Origin: an uncultured Phycisphaerales bacterium
Lineage (GTDB): Bacteria > Planctomycetota > Phycisphaerae > Tepidisphaerales > Tepidisphaeraceae
Direction: 5' to 3'
DNA length: 64,000 bases
NCBI GenBank assembly: GCA_963844715.1
Contig: CAWJPJ010000004.1
Coordinates: 32,001 to 96,000, forward strand
Of this stretch, positions 53,911 to 63,353 are shown in pieces. A program made the position numbers and the translations under genes. The notes below the pieces were generated by a model, which did not search any database, was not told the origin of the DNA, and saw nothing but the letters and a program-made list of their open reading frames with translations. The stretch's first letter is position 1. Each line of letters starts with the position of its first letter.

Positions 53911-56794
53911 TTGGCGCCTTTTGGGGAAGTTATTCGAAGCGGTTTAAAGAATAATCTGCGGAAGTTTTTGCCTCGAAGCCTTCAGGCGCGATTGATCGTC
54001 GCGCTGATTCTGGTGGCGGGGCCGATCCTGCTTTCGGCGGTGCTGTGGTTGGGCTGGCAATCGGCGCGGCTTGCCGAGTTGTCGGCGGATCAGCATATGG
54101 CGAATCAGGCGGCGTCGGTCGCGGATAACGTCGAGCGTTGGGACCACTACTTTGTGATGGCGCTGGAGAATCTGCGCGGGCAGCCGGACATTTTGAACAT
54201 GTATCCGCCGGACCAGATTCCGGTGCTTCAGCAGATGCAGAAGTCGTACGAGCGGCTGGCGATTGTGCGGGTGACCCGGGCGGACGGCATCAGCGTGGCG
54301 CGAACCGACGGCACGGCCCCGATGGACTACGGCGATCGCGATTGGTTCAAGGCGTGCATGGGGGGGCGCTCGGTCACGAGAGAAGCGCTGATCACCAAAA
54401 CCGGGCACAAGGCGGCGCTGAATTTTTCCATGCCGATTCTGGATGAGAAGGGGAAAATAGTCGGGGTGTTGTCGGCGGTCACCTATTTGACGTCGATGTC
54501 GGATGTGCTGGGGATTTCCGCGGGCGATCCCGGGGAGGAGATTTTTGTTGTCGACGAGCGGGGTCTGGCGCTGGCCGCGCCATTACTACAGAGGACCGAC
54601 AGTCTGACCGATCTGCGCGGCTCGCCGCCGGTTCAGCGATTGCTGCACGGGCAGGACGGGGCGATGGCATTTACGGATTCCTCCGGGACGGAATGGTTCG
54701 CGCAAGCGGTGAAGCTTTCCAACGGGTGGTCGATCGTCTGCCAGATCCCCAAACAGGCCGTCATCGCGCAAAGCAAGGAAATGATGCGCACGGCGTACGC
54801 GCTGGCGGTGTCGGCGCTGTTGTTCCTGGCGGGTTTGGGTGGGCTGGTCGCCAAAAAGATGACCCGTCCGATCCGCGAATTAACGGGGGCGGCGGACGAC
54901 CTGGCATGCGGAAACTGGTCGCGCCGCGTTCGCGGCGATGGGGCCGATGAATTGGGGCGGCTGGCGAGTTCATTCAACAAGATGGCGGGGCATCTGGAGG
55001 CGGCCTACCGGCAGGCGGAGGCGCGTTCGCTCGAGCTTCAGAAGGCGAACGAAGCGCTGCAAGCCAGCGAGGAGCGATATGCGCTGGCGATTCGCGGGGC
55101 CAACGACGGGCTTTGGGACTGGGATCTCAAGACGGGCAGGGTGCATTACTCGGCGCGGTGGAAGGAAATGCTGGGGTGCGAGGACGCGCAGATCGGGGAT
55201 TCTTTGCAGCACTGGATTAGCCGAGTGCATCCCGACGATTTGGAATCGATCCATACGGCGATCGCGGCGCATCGCGAACAGGTTACTCCGCACTTTGAAG
55301 TTGAACATCGTTTGTTGCACACGGACGGGCGTTATCGCTGGATGCTGGCGCGTGGAACTGCGGTTTGGGACGGGGCGGGGCAGGCGACTCGCATGGCCGG
55401 GTCGCTGACTGATGTCACGGCGCGGCGCGAGGCGGAGGAGCAATTGCTCGAGGATGCCCTGCACGAACGCGCTGACGGGGATGCCGAACCGCGTGCTCTT
55501 TTGCGATCGGCTGGAGCGGTCGCTGTCGCGGATGACGCGGGATCCGGATCACGCGTTTACGGTGCTTTTTCTGGACGTGGATCGGTTCAAGGGAATTAAC
55601 GACAGCCTGGGGCACGGGGTGGGGGACCAATTGCTGATCGCCTTTGCGCGGCGGATCAGTTCGTCGCTGCGCCCGAGTGACACGTTCGCGCGGCTGGGCG
55701 GGGATGAATTCACGATTTTGCTGGAGGACCCGCGCGAGCCGGACGACGCGGTCAGCGTCGCGACGCGAATTCTGAATGTACTGAAGGAGCCGTTCAATCT
55801 GGATTCGCACGAGGTGTTTATATCGACGAGCATCGGGATCGCGCACAGCGGGACGCGGTATTCGCGGCCGCAGGAAGTTCTGCGCGATGCGGACATCGCG
55901 ATGTATCGAGCCAAGGCCAAGGGGAAGAATTGCTACGAAGTCTTTGACGTGGGAATGCACACGCGGGCGGTGAAGCTGCTGCAGATGGAAAACGATTTGC
56001 GCCGGGCGATCGATCGGAAGGAATTTGAGCTTTTTTATCAGCCGATCATTCGCATGAACAGCGGGAAGGTTCGGGCGTTCGAGGCGCTGATTCGGTGGCG
56101 GCATCCGGTGCAGGGGTTGATTCCGCCTAACGACTTCATACCCATGGCGGAGGAGACGGGGCTGATCATTCCGATCGGGTGGTGGGTTTTGGAGCAGGCG
56201 TGCCTTCAGGCGGTGCAGTGGCACGCGATCCGGCCGGATCAGTTGATCGATATGAACGTGAATCTTTCGGGGAAGCAGTTTTCACAGCCGGACCTGGTGG
56301 ATCATGTGGTGAGAATTTTGAATGAAACCGGGCTGCCGGCGCAACATTTGATTCTGGAGATGACGGAGAGCGTGGTGATGGAGAATCCGGAGGCGACGGC
56401 GGCGACATTACGCCATCTGAAAGACCTCGGGGTGCAGCTGAACATCGACGATTTCGGGACGGGTTATTCTTCGCTGGCGCATTTGCAGCGGTTCCCGGTG
56501 GACACGATGAAGATCGACCGGTCGTTCGTGGCGCAGATGATTGAGCGGCCGGAGAACGCGGAGATCATCCGGACTATTGTGCATCTGGCGCATAGTCTGA
56601 ATATGAAGGTCACCGCCGAGGGGATCGAAAGTCCGGAGCAACTGGCACAGTTGGAATTGCTCAATTGCGAGAACGCTCAGGGGTTTCTTTTTTCGCGGCC
56701 GCTGGATAGCAAGTCGGCGACGGAGTTGCTGCGGCAGTGGTCGCCGGAGAACGCGGCGCGGCTTGTGGCGTCTCCGGCTACGTCGTCGATTTAA
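53911..56794 (+). CDS. Cache-HAMP-PAS-GGDEF-EAL diguanylate cyclase/phosphodiesterase; frameshift near 55465
   Basis: TM-Cache (DYGDRDWF)-TM, HAMP (DELGRLASSFNKM), PAS (DGLWDWDL, RVHPDD), RLGGDEF, FEALIRW, DDFGTGYSSL and AEGIE. Confidence 0.93.
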
Positions 56795-56839
56795 TCTGCG
56801 TCGGCGCACACACACCGGCGATGGGATCTGACGCGGGGA

Positions 56840-56873
56840 AATCGGAGTGATGGAAAAGCAGCCGAACTTTTTC
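56840..56873. repeat. Degenerate att-like copy related to the tRNA-Pro 3' end
   Basis: AATCGGAGTGA...GAACTTTT resembles AATCGGGGCGA...GAACTTTT at 58344; marks the switch to lower-GC sequence. Confidence 0.4.
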
Positions 56874-56975
56874 TGCGATTCTGCGCAGAGATCGTGGATT
56901 TGTGGATGAACGCTGCGTCAACTGCGGGAACTTGCATGTCGGTACAGAAAAAACGGGCAGTCGCATACCGAGAAC

Positions 56976-57716
56976 TCAAGGGCATTGGCGCTTTCCTTCC
57001 TCTACCATAAACATTCTCTTGCAGGCAGGACAGTAGAGGTAGTACTCGTAGTAATAGGTCTGCCCAGTTTTCGGCTTTTTGTCGCGTGGCATGCGTCGAA
57101 TAAGCGGCGTGGAGCATTCCCGGCATGGCGCGCCCTCGGCGAGCTTTGGCTCCGGCTGCTTCGCGGGCGCTGCCAGATTACTGAAGGCATTCTCCTGCTC
57201 CGGTTTCTCTTCATAACCGGGATCTGCCGACAGGTCTTTGCTTTTCAGCAATCGGATGGAGAGAGCATCGCATCGCTCATTTTCAGCATTTCCCGCGTGT
57301 CCTTTGACCCATTTGAACGCCACGCGATGGATCTGGCACAATTTCCACAACTCTCGCCACAAATCCGCGTTTATGACGGCCTTTTTTCCCCGATGCCAGT
57401 TCATTGCGCGCCACCGCTCTACCCATCCGTCCGACATGGCCTGCACAAGATACTTTGAGTCACTATACAGTGTCACATCGCAAGGTTCCTTTAGTATTTG
57501 GAGCCCGTGAATGGCAGCATAGACTTCCATCCGGTTGTTCGTGGTGCGCCGAAATCCACCGAAAAGCTCTCGGCGCCGGTCCCCATAGATGAGGATCACC
57601 CCATAGCCGCCGGGACCCGGATTCGGCTCTGCCGCCCCGTCGGTGTAGATGACCACATTTTTTCGGCCCTCGCTCATCGGGGTTGTCATGGTGGGTCTAG
57701 GATTTTCGATGTGCAA
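56976..57716 (-). CDS. rnhA: Ribonuclease HI with C-terminal Zn-ribbon extension
   Basis: YTDGA..PNPGPGG, TTNNRME, YSDSKY, NADLW and WVKGHAGNAENERCD; tail CRECSTP...CPAC. Confidence 0.92.
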   Translation of the reverse strand: MHIENPRPTMTTPMSEGRKNVVIYTDGAAEPNPGPGGYGVILIYGDRRRELFGGFRRTTNNRMEVYAAIHGLQILKEPCDVTLYSDSKYLVQAMSDGWVERWRAMNWHRGKKAVINADLWRELWKLCQIHRVAFKWVKGHAGNAENERCDALSIRLLKSKDLSADPGYEEKPEQENAFSNLAAPAKQPEPKLAEGAPCRECSTPLIRRMPRDKKPKTGQTYYYEYYLYCPACKRMFMVEEGKRQCP

Positions 57717-57826
57717 TGTACTGACACGCCGGGAGGAAAAAAAGCTATCGGTTCAAATCCCGTCGCATGGTCGACGCGCGCCGTCCTGCGCGGGTAAAGC
57801 GGCGCCGCGGTTTTCATACAGTTGTG

Positions 57827-58188
57827 TCAAACTGCCCGTCGATCCAGCCCATTGATCAGGCCCGAAAGCATGCGGGCGATTTCTTCGAGCTTGTTTTTGA
57901 GGTCCGAGTGTGCATCGGGTTTGAGTAAGCCTTGCGCGCCGCCAGTTCCGGCAATGGTACGCATTCCTGCGCGCTGCCCCGTGCGATACCGAAGAAATTT
58001 CGTCTGTCGGCCTTGGTGAATCGTCCGTTGCCTTCAGCAATGTTGGCGGCGATGGAGAGTGCAGCACGGCTCAGCTGATCACCCAGGAAGAACTAACCGC
58101 GCGGCAGGTTGCGGGTGATTGTACATATCTCGTCGGCGAAACTGATCGCCCTTTGATAGACGAGTAGTTTCTCGAATGCGAACGCCAT
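57827..58188 (-). pseudogene. Four-helix-bundle (23S rRNA IVP/Avd-like) protein with in-frame TAG and a frameshift
   Basis: Manual translation MAFAFEKLLVYQRAI...[48 protein letters not shown]...LEEIARMLSGLINGL. Confidence 0.85.
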
Positions 58189-58207
58189 TCGTTGGATCGT
58201 AACCTAA

Positions 58208-58328
58208 GAAAGTAGAGAGGAGAAAGTAGACCGCAGGAGAGCTTGGCCTGTTACCCCCGTTGCCGCTCTAACGCAGGTATTGCCCCCCTGCTCTCCTTTC
58301 TACTTTCCACGCCTCTCCTGCTCTATTT
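58208..58328. repeat. Purine/pyrimidine imperfect inverted repeat upstream of the four-helix-bundle gene
   Basis: GAAAGTAGAGAGGAGAAAGTAGA... paired with ...CTCTCCTTTCTACTTTC...CTCTCCTGCTCTATTTT. Confidence 0.6.
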
Positions 58329-58343
58329 TTCGCTGCCGCGAAA

Positions 58344-58378
58344 AATCGGGGCGACAAGACACCAGTTGAACTTTTCCT
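58344..58378. repeat. att-like direct repeat of the tRNA-Pro 3' end
   Basis: ATCGGGGCGACA (58345-58356) is identical to 60001-60012; continues AGACACCAGTTGAACTTTTC (RGDKTPVELF). Confidence 0.65.
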
Positions 58379-58520
58379 CGTTCTTTGCACTAAAATGTCG
58401 GGCCTCAAGCCTACTGGCAGTGGGCTTCGGGAATTAATTCAAGGCATTACGATATTGCCGTCTCTAGAGGTTGGCTTGCCAGAAGAGGTAGGCTGACGGC
58501 TCTTTTGCGTCGACCAAGTT

Positions 58521-58795
58521 TCAAAAGAGCAATCCCTGCGTGTCCTTTTTGGGATAGAATAGGCCGATGACAACCCAGGAACTAGGATGTGCTAAGATCG
58601 TTCCCACAATGAAACGAGTGTCTTTGTCGGGACCACAAAGCTCGTCCAGGAACTTCTGCTTAACTTGCTTCGCTGCCGCTTCAGAATCCGTCCCCTTGTC
58701 GCGCAGTCGCCAGTAGAGTGCGCCAACTTCCCAATCTTCGATCATCATTTGGTGACCCTTGCACCGACCATCATCACATTCGAACTTGTATTTCC
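58521..58795 (-). pseudogene. C-terminal fragment of a conserved hypothetical protein of DUF488-associated loci
   Basis: YKFECDDGRCKGHQMMIEDWEVGALYW...FIVGT...WVVIGLFYPKK; in-frame stop just upstream and no N-terminal part. Confidence 0.55.
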
Positions 58796-58934
58796 CCTTG
58801 AGTGGGTTGGACGCGGGTTGCCCTCATCGGTGGCATTATATCAAGCCTCGCGTGTCTCTGGCGATGCCCGCGAACTTCTGTTATCGGCTGAATTCAAGCG
58901 CATAGTCGGGTTACGCCGATGCTCAAGGAGCATC

Positions 58935-59276
58935 ATGCCAGCAAAGCGAATTCAACTCCGTCGATCCCGTGGATGGAGAATGCCTCCGAACGTGCGCAAG
59001 GTGGACCGTACGACCAAATGGGGTAATCCCTTTAGGATTGGTCAAATCGCGTCGCACCCTCTGACAAAGAGGTCTGTTCACGTCGCAAACGCTGAAATAG
59101 CCGTCGCGCTTTTTGCGGAATATCTGCACACCCGTGAGGGAGTCGCGCTCCTTGACATTGCCAGAAACGAGCTTCGCGGGAAAGATTTAGCGTGTTGGTG
59201 CAAGCCCGGCAATGCGTGCCACGGCGATGTGTTGCTACGCGCCATCTATGAGCCGGCGGCCCGACAAGCTGCGTAA
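58935..59276 (+). CDS. DUF4326-family protein
   Basis: RIQLRRSRGWRMP, VDRTTKWGNPF and ELRGKDLACWC...CHGDVL; AAGGAG RBS. Confidence 0.88.
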   Translation: MPAKRIQLRRSRGWRMPPNVRKVDRTTKWGNPFRIGQIASHPLTKRSVHVANAEIAVALFAEYLHTREGVALLDIARNELRGKDLACWCKPGNACHGDVLLRAIYEPAARQAA

Positions 59277-59279
59277 TCC

Positions 59280-59837
59280 CTATTGGATTGCCACGATTGT
59301 CGCCTCTGTCTGATCCGCAACCAAGTCTGCAATCACGCTCCGGTGGCAGTCTTCGTGGAGCCTTTCATAACATAGTAGCGCCGTTGGAATGCGTCGCGAA
59401 CTCTCTGCCAACCGTGCGATTTCGGGCATCATGGTTTCAACCGCCCATGCTCGAAAGCGATCGGCAAATCGGTGAAAATCGCCCGAGGCATGTAGCTCGT
59501 CTCGCTGCTCCGCAGTGGAGCCTAGCATTGACCAAGCTTGGTACTCGATCCGATTCGCTTTGCACAATGCGCGCAGAGATGCGGCACGAAAATCTGGTTT
59601 TCGTGAGGTTGGACGTTCGCGGATATCCGCGATTGCCTTCACTCCTTGGTCAAGTAAAACGCTAATCAGCCCGTCACCGTCGCGTCGCTCGTAACCGACT
59701 GTATAGAGCGTGACGTTTTTGCCACTCCGAATCAATTTCGTATATCCGGTATCGGTCACCTTCGAGGCAACGCCGAAAGAGGCGAGTTTCTTGGCGTTCG
59801 CTGCTTTGCGCTGTTGAATGTCTGAGAAGAGGTCCAT
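59280..59837 (-). CDS. DUF488-family protein
   Basis: LYTVGYE, ADIRERPTSRKPDF and ALLCYE...CHRSVIA. Confidence 0.88.
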   Translation of the reverse strand: MDLFSDIQQRKAANAKKLASFGVASKVTDTGYTKLIRSGKNVTLYTVGYERRDGDGLISVLLDQGVKAIADIRERPTSRKPDFRAASLRALCKANRIEYQAWSMLGSTAEQRDELHASGDFHRFADRFRAWAVETMMPEIARLAESSRRIPTALLCYERLHEDCHRSVIADLVADQTEATIVAIQ

Positions 59838-60001
59838 TGAACACCTGCGGGGTTGTGTAACTTAAAGGGGTTGGCCGAGCCCCATGTTGGCGTAGCATGG
59901 GCCTCATCCGAATGCGTTTTTGAACGGATTCTAGCGAAAAGTTCGAATCCCGTCACAACCCCAAAGAAAAACCCCTTGTTATGCAAGGGGTTAGGCAATC
60001 A

Positions 60002-60075
60002 TCGGGGCGACAGGATTCGAACCTGCGGCCTTCTGGTCCCAAACCAGACGCTCTACCAAGCTGAGCTACGCCCCG
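60002..60075 (-). tRNA. tRNA-Pro (anticodon TGG)
   Basis: CGGGGCG/CGCCCCG acceptor stem, TAGCTCAGCTTGGTAGAGC D-arm, TCTGG-TTTGGGA-CCAGA anticodon arm and GGTTCGAATCC; CCA not encoded. Confidence 0.96.
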
Positions 60076-60172
60076 GGCTTTTATAGTTTATCGTGGAAGT
60101 GAGGCGGGGGGCAAACGGGGGGCGTTTCTCAAATGGCCCTACGGATGGCCCTTCGACGTCGCTCAGGCCGGG

Positions 60173-61261
60173 CTATCCGTAGGCTTTGGCGGCGTGGAAC
60201 TGACATACTAAATCGAAGACTTTGCCGGCGTGGCGCTTGGCTACGGCTTCGTCTTTTAGCATGGCGATGTTTAGGGTGTCGCAGGTGAATTCGGCTTCGA
60301 GGTTGCTTTCTACGCCGCGACCCATGCCTTCTAGGATTAGGAAATCGGCGTCTTGGGCGGCTTCATTTAATGCTGGGTCGATTTGACTTAAATCAATGAG
60401 GGGCTCGCCGGTGCCTGTGGCTACTTGGGTGATGGGTAGGGTTGCGAAGGATGGCTCGATTGCCAGAACTTTTGGCCACCAGGCTTGGACGTCTTCGATG
60501 GTCATGTCGTTGAGGGTGGGGCGGGAATTGGCGGCCATGACGACTGGGGTTCCGCGCTGGGCCAGCCAGCGGATCATGGGGAGGGCGCCGAGGAGAAAAT
60601 CGCTGCCGGCGTTGTCGATGAAGAAGAGGGCCTTTTTGTGTCTGGGGCCTTTTAGGAGGCGGTCGTGGAGTGAGCGAAAATCGTCGATGAGCCAGGGGTG
60701 GGCGCGGAGTGAATCTCTGGTGGCGAAAAAATCTGGGCTGGAGTTTAGGAATTTTTTGGCGGTGGCATCGGCGCCCATGTCGAAGATGTTTCCGGCGAAC
60801 ACGCCTTGGATGATGGCGCGGAATTGATCTTCGCCGGTTAGGGCGTCGAGCTGGGCGCATACTTTGGGCAAGAGGGGGAGCATGCCGGCGTTTTCGCGAT
60901 TTTTCAGATCGATGAAGGGATCGACGAAGCCGTACTTGCGGAGGAGGCCGTCGCGCCAGGCGTCTAGGGTTAGGATGGTGACGCGGCCTTGGCTATCGGG
61001 GGCGGCACCGAAGGCGTCGAAAGTTTTATAGAACTCGACGCGGCAGGCGGCGGCTCGGGTTTGGGCGGTTTCTCTTGATTCGCCGCGGGCTGCGGCGGCG
61101 TCGATGCCGAGGGCGAGCATTGTGTTCAAGTGGCGTTTGAAGAATTCTAGCCAATGGGCTCGGCCCCAGGCATCGACGGAGAGGTCCCATGAGCAGGCGA
61201 CGTATTTGGTCGGATCGGCGATTTTACAGAAGGGGACTGGCCGGGATGAGGTGAGCGTCAT
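60173..61261 (-). CDS. DUF89/ARMT1-like damage-control phosphatase (PanK4-type)
   Basis: DPFIDLKNREN, AGNIFDMG, FIDNAGSD, ANSRPTLND and EGMGRGVESN. Confidence 0.85.
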   Translation of the reverse strand: MTLTSSRPVPFCKIADPTKYVACSWDLSVDAWGRAHWLEFFKRHLNTMLALGIDAAAARGESRETAQTRAAACRVEFYKTFDAFGAAPDSQGRVTILTLDAWRDGLLRKYGFVDPFIDLKNRENAGMLPLLPKVCAQLDALTGEDQFRAIIQGVFAGNIFDMGADATAKKFLNSSPDFFATRDSLRAHPWLIDDFRSLHDRLLKGPRHKKALFFIDNAGSDFLLGALPMIRWLAQRGTPVVMAANSRPTLNDMTIEDVQAWWPKVLAIEPSFATLPITQVATGTGEPLIDLSQIDPALNEAAQDADFLILEGMGRGVESNLEAEFTCDTLNIAMLKDEAVAKRHAGKVFDLVCQFHAAKAYG

Positions 61262-61291
61262 TTCAAAATCTCAGGACAAAATACTGAATTA

Positions 61292-61395
61292 GCCACAGAT
61301 GGAAATCAGATGGACACGGATAATAGAGTTGCCAGTTGTTAGTTGCCAGTTGCCAGTGAAAATCCATCTGTGCGAATCGGTGGGCCATCTGTGGC
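61292..61395. repeat. Inverted-repeat element with a nested GTTGCCA heptamer run
   Basis: GCCACAGATGG (61292-61302) and CCATCTGTGGC (61385-61395) enclose AGTTGCCAGTTGTTAGTTGCCAGTTGCCAGT (61327-61357). Confidence 0.8.
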
Positions 61396-61640
61396 GACAA
61401 ATCTTTTTTACCAGGCGTAGGCTTCGGGGGCTTCGGCGCCGGGGCCTGGCCAGATTTCGTTTAGGCGGGCTAGGGTGGGGGCGTTGAGGGTGAGATCGAC
61501 GGAACGGAGGACGCTGGTCATTTGGTCTATGGTGCGGGGGCCGATGATGGGGGCAGTGATGGCGGGGTTTTGGATGAGCCAGGCGAGGGCGACGTTGGCG
61601 GGGGATTCGTTCAATTCGCGGCAGAGTGCTTCCCAGGCTT

Positions 61641-62470
61641 CTAGGGCCTGTCTGATGAATCCAAAATCCTGAAATAGCGACGGATCATGGCGAGCTTGGC
61701 CATGGCCTGAAAGTTCACCGCCAGTTTCTCGTAACGCGTGCCCAGGCGGCGATTCTCCTTCATCCAATTCACGCAACGCTCCACCACGTTCCGTCGGCGA
61801 TACGCCTTGCGATCAAAGTTCTCCTGCGGCGGCTGATTCGATTTCGCCGGGATCACCGCTTGGATTCGGTGGCGACGCAGCCATCGCCGCACATTTCCGT
61901 AACTGTATCCCTTGTCGCCCGCCAGCCTCCTGGGGCGACGACGGCGGCGACCGATGCGCATCGCGTTCATCACCGGCTCCACGTACCGGCTCTCGTGGCA
62001 TTGGCCGGCGCTGGCCTCGACGGCGAGCGGAACTCCCTGGCCGTCAGTAACCAGGTGGAGCTTGCTGCCCCACCCGCCTCGGCTGCGGCCCAACGCGTGA
62101 TCCGCCGGTTCTTCCGGGGCGGTTTTGATTTTCTGGCTCCGGCGGCGGATCGACTGGCTCGCACATTGGTGCCGTCGATGCACCACAGGTCCCAGTCGAT
62201 TCGTCCTTGCTTGTCCAACCTCATCTGCAGCCGCTGGAGGATTCGATCAATCGTTCCGTCCTTTCTCCAGCGGTTGAAGCGGTCGTAGACGCTTTGCCAT
62301 CTGCCGTAACGTTCGGGCATCTCGCGCCATTGAGCGCCCGAGTGCAGAATCCAGAACATGCCGTTGAGCGTGGTGCGGTGGTCGTTCCACTGCCCGCCGC
62401 GCTTGCCGTTGCCGGGCAGCAGATCGCCGATCAACTCGTACTGCTCATCCGTGAGCTCATAACGTCGCAT
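61641..62470 (-). CDS. IS5-family transposase in two overlapping frames (shift near 62125)
   Basis: RYELTDEQ, GAQWREMPERYGRWQSVYDRFNRW and IDGT in frame A; GRSRGGWGSKLH, GDKGY and YRRRNVVER...RYEK in frame B. Confidence 0.93.
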
Positions 62471-62530
62471 CCGTGACACCTCGTCTGAAAACCGCTATTT
62501 ATAACCAAAAGCGATTCATCAGACAGGCCC
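61644..62530 (-). mobile_element. IS5-family insertion sequence (IS427-like), 887 bp
   Basis: Perfect 18-bp terminal IR GGGCCTGTCTGATGAATC / GATTCATCAGACAGGCCC; TA duplication within a CTAG target. Confidence 0.95.
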
Positions 62531-63288
62531 TAGCTGGGGGCGGAGTTTTTGGATTCTTTTTTGAAGGGTTTCCTCGGCGCGGCGGCCCTGGTCGATTTTT
62601 TGCAGGACGCCGCCGAGGAGGCCGCCGTCGAGTGGGCTCCAGGGGATGACGCCTACGCCGTAGGCTCGGGCGGCGGGGAGGACTTCCAATTCCACGGTGC
62701 GGCAGGCGAGGCTGTATTTGCTTTGCTCGCTGACGAGTCCCAGGAAATTGCGGTGTCGGGCGGTCTCGCAAGCGGTGGCGATGTGCCAGCCGGCGAAATT
62801 GCTGCTGCCGACGTAGAGGATTTTTCCTTGCTGGACGAGGAGTTCCATGGCTTGCCAGATTTCGTCCCATGGGGTTTGGCGGGAGATGTGGTGCATTTGA
62901 TAGAGGTCGATGTAGTCGATCTTCAGGCGGCGGAGGCTGTCGTCGCAGCAGCGGCGGATTTTGGCGGCGCTGAGGCCTCGGGCCATGTTTATGTCGCCGG
63001 GGAGGACGGACATGTCGGCGAATAGCTTGGTGGCGAGAACGGTTCGCTCGCGGCGGTGGCCGCCTTGGGAGAACCAGTTTCCCAGAATCTGTTCGGTGAC
63101 GCCTTTGCCTTTTTGGCGGCCGTAGACGTCGGCGGTGTCGAAGAAATTGATGCCGAGATCGAGGGCCTTGTCCATGATGGCGTGGGATTCGGATTCGGGG
63201 GTGAAGGGGCCGAAGTTCATTGTGCCGAGGCAGAGGTGGGAGACTTTTAAGCCGGTGCGGCCTAGGGTGGTGTATTGCATGGAAAAAT

Positions 63289-63342
63289 CCGAATGACGAA
63301 ATCCGAATGACGAATCAATGCTCGAATGACTGAATGACCGAA
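63289..63342. repeat. GAATGAC heptamer-like repeat cluster
   Basis: CCGAATGACGAAATCCGAATGACGAATCAATGCTCGAATGACTGAATGACCGAA immediately upstream of the AKR start. Confidence 0.8.
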
Positions 63343-63353
63343 AGGATGCGCGC

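Larger units (their letters stand above)
61408..63280 (-). pseudogene. Aldo/keto reductase interrupted by an IS5-family element
   Basis: N-terminal part (LGRTGLKVS.LCLGTM, DTADVYG, LATK, DLYQMH, PWSPL) stops at RPQL; the part after the IS resumes EAWEALC...ALAWL...PIIGPRT. Excision restores RPQLEAWE in frame. Confidence 0.93.

Noticed and set aside
58093..58095. In-frame TAG as pyrrolysine or stop-codon recoding
   Set aside because: The position is probably a Tyr codon changed by one base, the gene also has a frameshift, TAG terminates many genes here, and no pyl genes are visible.
57827..58188. Diversity-generating retroelement suggested by the Avd-like gene
   Set aside because: No reverse transcriptase and no TR/VR pair differing at adenines in the window.
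59941..59993. Additional tRNA on the plus strand
   Set aside because: Only a T-arm-like 14-mer and a separate hairpin; no D-arm or anticodon arm. Treated as an att-related remnant.
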